From Podarcis vaucheri (lineage: Eukaryota): a stretch of 64,000 nucleotides of DNA. Below, one piece after another: positions 62,501 to 64,000 of the stretch. How positions within the stretch are numbered: the first letter of the stretch is position 1; each line of letters starts with the position of its first letter. A program made the translations under genes and the position numbers. Under the pieces are notes generated by a model. That model was given only the letters and a program-made list of their open reading frames with translations, was not told where the DNA came from and made no database searches. The stretch lies in assembly GCA_965113315.1 (NCBI GenBank), contig OZ220366.1. One strand, 5' to 3'.

Positions 62501-63737
62501 GCATCTGATAACTCAGCACCTGATGACAGCTGACATGTGTGGCCAGACTAAATTGAAAAAGAAATGTACTTGAAATGACTTTGAGAGTTCTGTCTGTGTT
62601 ACTAGACTGTGGTGGCTCATTCACAAATGCAGATCATAGTTTGTATATTGCAGTCACTTCAGGGAATGAACATTTGTCTCAAACCAGGCCAGTAATTTCA
62701 AGGGAGGAAAAGAGAAGCCAAAGCTTGCAGATACACAAAAGATTTTGTAGTGGAATAGCTCCTTATTCAGAAGTTGTATTTCTGAAAGCTGAAAAGTAAG
62801 ATATGTGGGATAGAATAGTGATGTGCCCCTTTTTTGCTGGATGGGTTGGAATATTTGATAAAAGATCAAATTTCACATCATCATAAATTTGAATGCTATA
62901 ATGGATGCTGCTATTGCCGATAAAGTGTTCTGGCTTAGCATTTTACTTGAATATCAACTATTTGCTTACATGGGATAAAGTCCTTGGGCCAAAGTGGACC
63001 TGTCCCTGTGGAGCAGAACCTCTGGGGCTCGATAACTACCTTCCAAAGTCTTTTCAGATATAGCACATTTGTTTTATAAATAGCATTTCTAATAGCTGCT
63101 ACCTCATAGAAGCAAGCTGCAGGTTACACACAAAGTCCCAGCTCTCTCATTTTCCTTTTATGAAAAACAACTGTGATATTGAGTAGGGAGCTCTTTGGCC
63201 TTTTCCCAGCTTGCCATTTTCCCCTTTAAAATCACCTCCCGCCTTTTCCCCATAAGTGGGCATCAGATCTATATGTATGCACCTGTTAGACAGGGCTTCA
63301 CCCAGGATATGGTAAGAAAGCACATGAAGCCACCAACTTGCTGAAGTTAAAACAGGTTTCTGGTACGTGGCTGGATGGGAGACCTCCTAGAAAAACCCCA
63401 GGGTCTCCCTCAGGTACATGATGGAAGAAAGGTGGGATATAACTGCAAGGATATAAATTTGTAAGTCATTTTTGGTTTGCTTCTTATTCAGCATTTACCT
63501 TTTCTTTAAAAATCCAAGAGTAAATATAGCTAGCTCTGTATGTGTTTCGATCCTTAATTTTCATATTTATTAATTTCTCAGGCACAACAGTAAAATAAGT
63601 AAACAGAAAACATCAGAGGGCAATGGCCCATTGCTTGGTGACATACAGCAGAATGAGCTCTCCTTGTATTTATCAGCCTGCAAATTCTTGGACACTGCAC
63701 TTTCTTTCCCACCTGACAAGATGCAATTGTTTCAGAT
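12714..63737 (+). CDS. DOP1B: DOP1B (Dopey-2, DOP1 leucine zipper-like protein B), multi-exon gene span, 3'-partial (34 coding exons in window)
   Basis: N-terminus [46 protein letters not shown] (Dopey N-terminal domain). 34 GT-AG exons splice in frame (6494 nt). Synteny with CBR. Confidence 0.97.
13483..13830. mobile_element. Old hAT-like non-autonomous DNA transposon
   Basis: CAGGG...CGGCCCTCCGGGCC at the start and AAAAAGGTTCTTCATCCCTG at the end; degenerate. Confidence 0.45.
15266..15398. mobile_element. Palindromic hAT-type MITE (same core as 11318-11453)
   Basis: TIR CAGGCATAGGCA...TGCCTATGCCTG. Perfect 8-bp TSD GTCTTGGC. Confidence 0.88.
15564..15940. mobile_element. hAT non-autonomous element (TAGG-type TIRs)
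   Basis: TAGGTCTGGGCAATA ... TATCACCTAGTCCTA with subterminal CGGTATATCA repeats. 8-bp TSD ATTCAGAC/ATTCAGAA. Confidence 0.75.
18724..18798 (-). mobile_element. Sauria SINE 5' fragment
   Basis: Reverse complement matches the SINE head at ~48380-48450. Confidence 0.65.
19324..19505 (+). CDS. DOP1B: DOP1B coding exon 2
   Basis: cag|[60 protein letters not shown]|gtaaac. Confidence 0.95.
19961..20322 (-). mobile_element. Full-length young Sauria SINE
   Basis: Head GGGACGCGGGTGGCGCTGTGG and (ACCTTT) tail on the minus strand, CpGs intact. Perfect TSD ATCCTTGTAATA at 19949-19960 and 20323-20334. Confidence 0.92.
20426..20596 (+). CDS. DOP1B: DOP1B coding exon 3
   Basis: [26 protein letters not shown]...[17 protein letters not shown], phase 2-2. 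Confidence 0.95.
22241..22430 (+). CDS. DOP1B: DOP1B coding exon 4
   Basis: [40 protein letters not shown]...GTDTKLM|gtaggt. Confidence 0.95.
22746..23207 (-). mobile_element. CR1 LINE 3' fragment (young subfamily)
   Basis: ORF 22817-23164 is the CR1 ORF2 C-terminus ([28 protein letters not shown]...). (ATTCTATG)n-type 3' tail. Confidence 0.92.
23669..23767 (+). CDS. DOP1B: DOP1B coding exon 5
   Basis: [33 protein letters not shown]|gtaagg. Confidence 0.95.
24325..24448 (+). CDS. DOP1B: DOP1B coding exon 6
   Basis: [41 protein letters not shown](G); conserved [11 protein letters not shown] motif. Confidence 0.95.
26125..26234 (+). CDS. DOP1B: DOP1B coding exon 7
   Basis: [36 protein letters not shown]|gtgcgt, phase 1-0. 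Confidence 0.92.
26556..27170 (-). mobile_element. Older CR1 LINE 3' fragment containing a nested 73-bp young CR1 tail (26870-26942)
   Basis: Degenerate CR1 ORF2 peptides ([14 protein letters not shown]; GFKLQERR; EVFKQRL). Nested piece is flanked by GGAGAT direct repeats. Confidence 0.88.
27521..27635 (+). CDS. DOP1B: DOP1B coding exon 8
   Basis: [38 protein letters not shown](G); conserved [12 protein letters not shown] motif. Confidence 0.95.
27963..28748 (+). mobile_element. L2 LINE 3' fragment with (TTA/TTG)n tail
   Basis: Encodes [25 protein letters not shown]...[22 protein letters not shown] (L2 ORF2 C-terminus). Ends ATAAATAAAAATTATTATT. Confidence 0.85.
29013..29447. mobile_element. 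Solo LTR (435 bp)
   Basis: GC/CpG-rich block with termini TCTAA (decayed TG)...TGACA. 5-bp TSD GTAAC at 29008-29012 and 29448-29452. Confidence 0.65.
30482..30602 (+). CDS. DOP1B: DOP1B coding exon 9
   Basis: [39 protein letters not shown], phase 1-2. Confidence 0.93.
31286..31405 (+). CDS. DOP1B: DOP1B coding exon 10
   Basis: [39 protein letters not shown], phase 2-2. Confidence 0.94.
32177..32273 (+). CDS. DOP1B: DOP1B coding exon 11
   Basis: [32 protein letters not shown]|gtaagt, phase 2-0. Confidence 0.9.
32969..33160 (+). CDS. DOP1B: DOP1B coding exon 12
   Basis: [17 protein letters not shown]...[19 protein letters not shown]|gtaggt, phase 0-0. Confidence 0.9.
34295..34982 (+). CDS. 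DOP1B: DOP1B coding exon 13 (688 nt)
   Basis: SPTGEENQE...[10 protein letters not shown]...[28 protein letters not shown](G)|gtaaga. Confidence 0.93.
35959..36353 (-). mobile_element. L1-clade LINE 3' end, 5'-truncated
   Basis: Minus frame reads [32 protein letters not shown]...*, then an AT-rich 3'UTR and (AAT)n tail. Perfect 17-bp TSD GTACCTATGCACTCATA at 35942-35958 and 36354-36370. Confidence 0.8.
36503..36774 (+). CDS. DOP1B: DOP1B coding exon 14
   Basis: [49 protein letters not shown]...KTDFYQ|gtaatg. Confidence 0.95.
37835..37987 (+). CDS. DOP1B: DOP1B coding exon 15
   Basis: [51 protein letters not shown]|gtaagg. Confidence 0.95.
39117..39217 (+). CDS. DOP1B: DOP1B coding exon 16
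   Basis: [33 protein letters not shown](R)|gtattg. Confidence 0.95.
39502..39542. repeat. (TG)20 microsatellite
   Basis: Direct reading. Confidence 0.95.
39755..40697 (+). mobile_element. pogo/Tc2-like non-autonomous DNA transposon, family B (long form, 943 bp)
   Basis: Perfect 26-bp TIR CCGTATTTTTCGCTCTATAACACGCA with TA TSD on both sides. Internal tandem repeats. No transposase ORF. Confidence 0.9.
40750..40940 (+). CDS. DOP1B: DOP1B coding exon 17
   Basis: [63 protein letters not shown]|gtaaga. Confidence 0.95.
41484..41525. repeat. (GT)21 microsatellite
   Basis: Direct reading. Confidence 0.95.
42714..44331 (+). CDS. DOP1B: DOP1B coding exon 18 (large, 1618 nt)
   Basis: Within the 553-aa ORF. 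Acceptor ttctttcag|, donor AG|GTAAGA. Includes [22 protein letters not shown] and GYGMHPAWV...ICKNLD. Confidence 0.95.
44465..44667 (-). mobile_element. Old tRNA-derived SINE (squamate type)
   Basis: Minus strand begins CATAGCTCAGTG (A-box-like) and ends with a TTCTTATGTTC tail. Similar decayed copies near 25240-25420, 35790-35940, 38330-38530 and 62202-62395. Confidence 0.55.
45061..45172 (+). CDS. DOP1B: DOP1B coding exon 19
   Basis: [37 protein letters not shown]|gtaatg. Confidence 0.94.
46032..46217 (+). CDS. DOP1B: DOP1B coding exon 20
   Basis: [35 protein letters not shown]...[11 protein letters not shown]|gtacgt. Confidence 0.93.
47144..47269 (+). CDS. DOP1B: DOP1B coding exon 21
   Basis: [42 protein letters not shown]|gtaaag. 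Confidence 0.93.
47572..47706 (+). CDS. DOP1B: DOP1B coding exon 22
   Basis: [45 protein letters not shown]|gtaggt. Confidence 0.94.
48256..48311 (+). CDS. DOP1B: DOP1B coding exon 23
   Basis: [18 protein letters not shown](R)|gtaaat. Confidence 0.93.
48377..48724 (+). mobile_element. Full-length Sauria SINE
   Basis: GGGACGCGGGTGGCGCTGTGG head and CCTTTACCTTT tail. 15-bp TSD TAACTACAAACATTA/TAATTACAAACATTA (one mismatch). Confidence 0.92.
49730..50400 (+). mobile_element. Degenerate L1-clade LINE ORF2 internal fragment (region preceding the RT domain)
   Basis: Peptides [17 protein letters not shown] and [38 protein letters not shown]...LFNDII resemble the L1 [13 protein letters not shown] motif; frameshifted. 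Confidence 0.8.
50811..51073. mobile_element. Tc1/mariner-pogo MITE, family C
   Basis: TA|CAGTGGTGCCTCGCAAGAC ... GTCTTGCGGGGCACCACTG|CA with repeated internal TCTTGCG motifs. Confidence 0.82.
51743..51847 (+). CDS. DOP1B: DOP1B coding exon 24
   Basis: [34 protein letters not shown](S), phase 2-2. Confidence 0.94.
51949..52015 (+). CDS. DOP1B: DOP1B coding exon 25
   Basis: [22 protein letters not shown]|gtagtc, after a 101-nt intron with a CTAAC branch point. Confidence 0.94.
52872..53044 (-). mobile_element. 5'-truncated young Sauria SINE
   Basis: Tail AAAGGTAAAGGTACCCC on plus; closely matches 19961-20132. Flanked by CATTAATAATT(A) repeats. Confidence 0.88.
53045..53116. repeat. AT-rich 30-bp tandem repeat (2.4 copies) at the SINE truncation junction
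   Basis: CATTAATAATTCCATTAATTATTAATATCC x2 followed by CATTAATAATTA. Confidence 0.9.
54396..54540 (+). CDS. DOP1B: DOP1B coding exon 26
   Basis: [48 protein letters not shown]|gtaaga. Confidence 0.95.
55991..56073 (+). CDS. DOP1B: DOP1B coding exon 27
   Basis: [27 protein letters not shown]|gtgagt, phase 1-0. Confidence 0.93.
56273..56362. mobile_element. Penelope-like retroelement terminal fragment
   Basis: CTGAAGAAGTGTGCATGCACACGGAAGCTCATACC...TTAGTTGGTCTCTAAGGTGCTACTGGA, recognised from memory as a common squamate Penelope end. Confidence 0.55.
56454..56563 (+). CDS. DOP1B: DOP1B coding exon 28
   Basis: [36 protein letters not shown](S). Confidence 0.95.
57291..57437 (+). CDS. DOP1B: DOP1B coding exon 29
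   Basis: [48 protein letters not shown](H), donor CA|GTAAGG. Confidence 0.95.
57990..58051 (+). CDS. DOP1B: DOP1B coding exon 30
   Basis: [20 protein letters not shown]|gtaagt, phase 2-1. Confidence 0.94.
58204..58332 (+). CDS. DOP1B: DOP1B coding exon 31
   Basis: [42 protein letters not shown](E)|gtgagt. Confidence 0.95.
60483..60619 (+). CDS. DOP1B: DOP1B coding exon 32
   Basis: [45 protein letters not shown]|gtaaat. Confidence 0.95.
60776..61118 (-). mobile_element. Full-length Sauria SINE (older)
   Basis: Reverse complement of the 48377-48724 type. TSD CTGACATCATA/CTGGCATCATA. Confidence 0.9.
62034..62089 (+). CDS. DOP1B: DOP1B coding exon 33
   Basis: [18 protein letters not shown](K), donor AA|GTAAGA, phase 0-2. 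Confidence 0.92.
62202..62395 (+). mobile_element. Old tRNA-derived SINE
   Basis: GGGAAAGAGCCATAGCTCAGTGGTAGAG (A box) ... GGTTCAGTCCC (B-box-like), followed by a non-tRNA body. Confidence 0.55.
63582..63737 (+). CDS. DOP1B: DOP1B coding exon 34 (last in window; gene continues)
   Basis: HNSKISKQK...[27 protein letters not shown]|gtaagc, phase 2-2; no stop reached. Confidence 0.93.
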
Positions 63738-64000
63738 GTAAGCATGCTTATTTTTATTCCTATGACAGTCAGATAGCGCAGCATGCCGAGACACAAGAGC
63801 ATGTGAAGGTCATCAGGTAGCCCTTGTACATCCCTTTGCTGCATTTTCCCCCTGGCCTTTTTTCTGTTTGTGAGCCATCCATGCACAGGGAGGCCAGATT
63901 GTATCCTGCCTTCCTAGTGTCGCATTGCCACCTGGAGACTTCACATTTTCAGTAAGCCTTTCTTCTCTTTGCTGCATAGATTTGTTTATTGACTCCTGGG

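Overview
Vertebrate genomic DNA from a squamate reptile, probably a lacertid lizard (Sauria-type SINEs with ACCTTT tails, plus CR1, L2, L1 and hAT/Tc1-pogo MITEs). The window holds the end of exon 1 and exons 2-3 of a CBR1-type carbonyl reductase (+, 1-4988), a CpG-island promoter (~8000-8720) and most of DOP1B/DOPEY2 (+). DOP1B has a probable non-coding first exon ending at 8604 and 34 coding exons from ATG 12714 to 63737. All are GT-AG and phase-consistent (6494 nt, about 2164 codons), and the gene runs off the right edge. The CBR-DOP1B order matches human chr21. The most interesting unexplained signal is on the minus strand between the two genes. A TATA-like box and a chain of splice sites define a candidate divergent spliced transcript (exons ending at 7894, 7407-7330, 6741-6572, starting at 5720). 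It splices in phase 0 into a 51-aa microprotein, or a 92-aa one if exon 3 is skipped. It sits where human CBR3-AS1 lies. This model is inferred from sequence only and needs RNA and conservation evidence. Introns carry many insertions, several with readable target-site duplications (TSDs).
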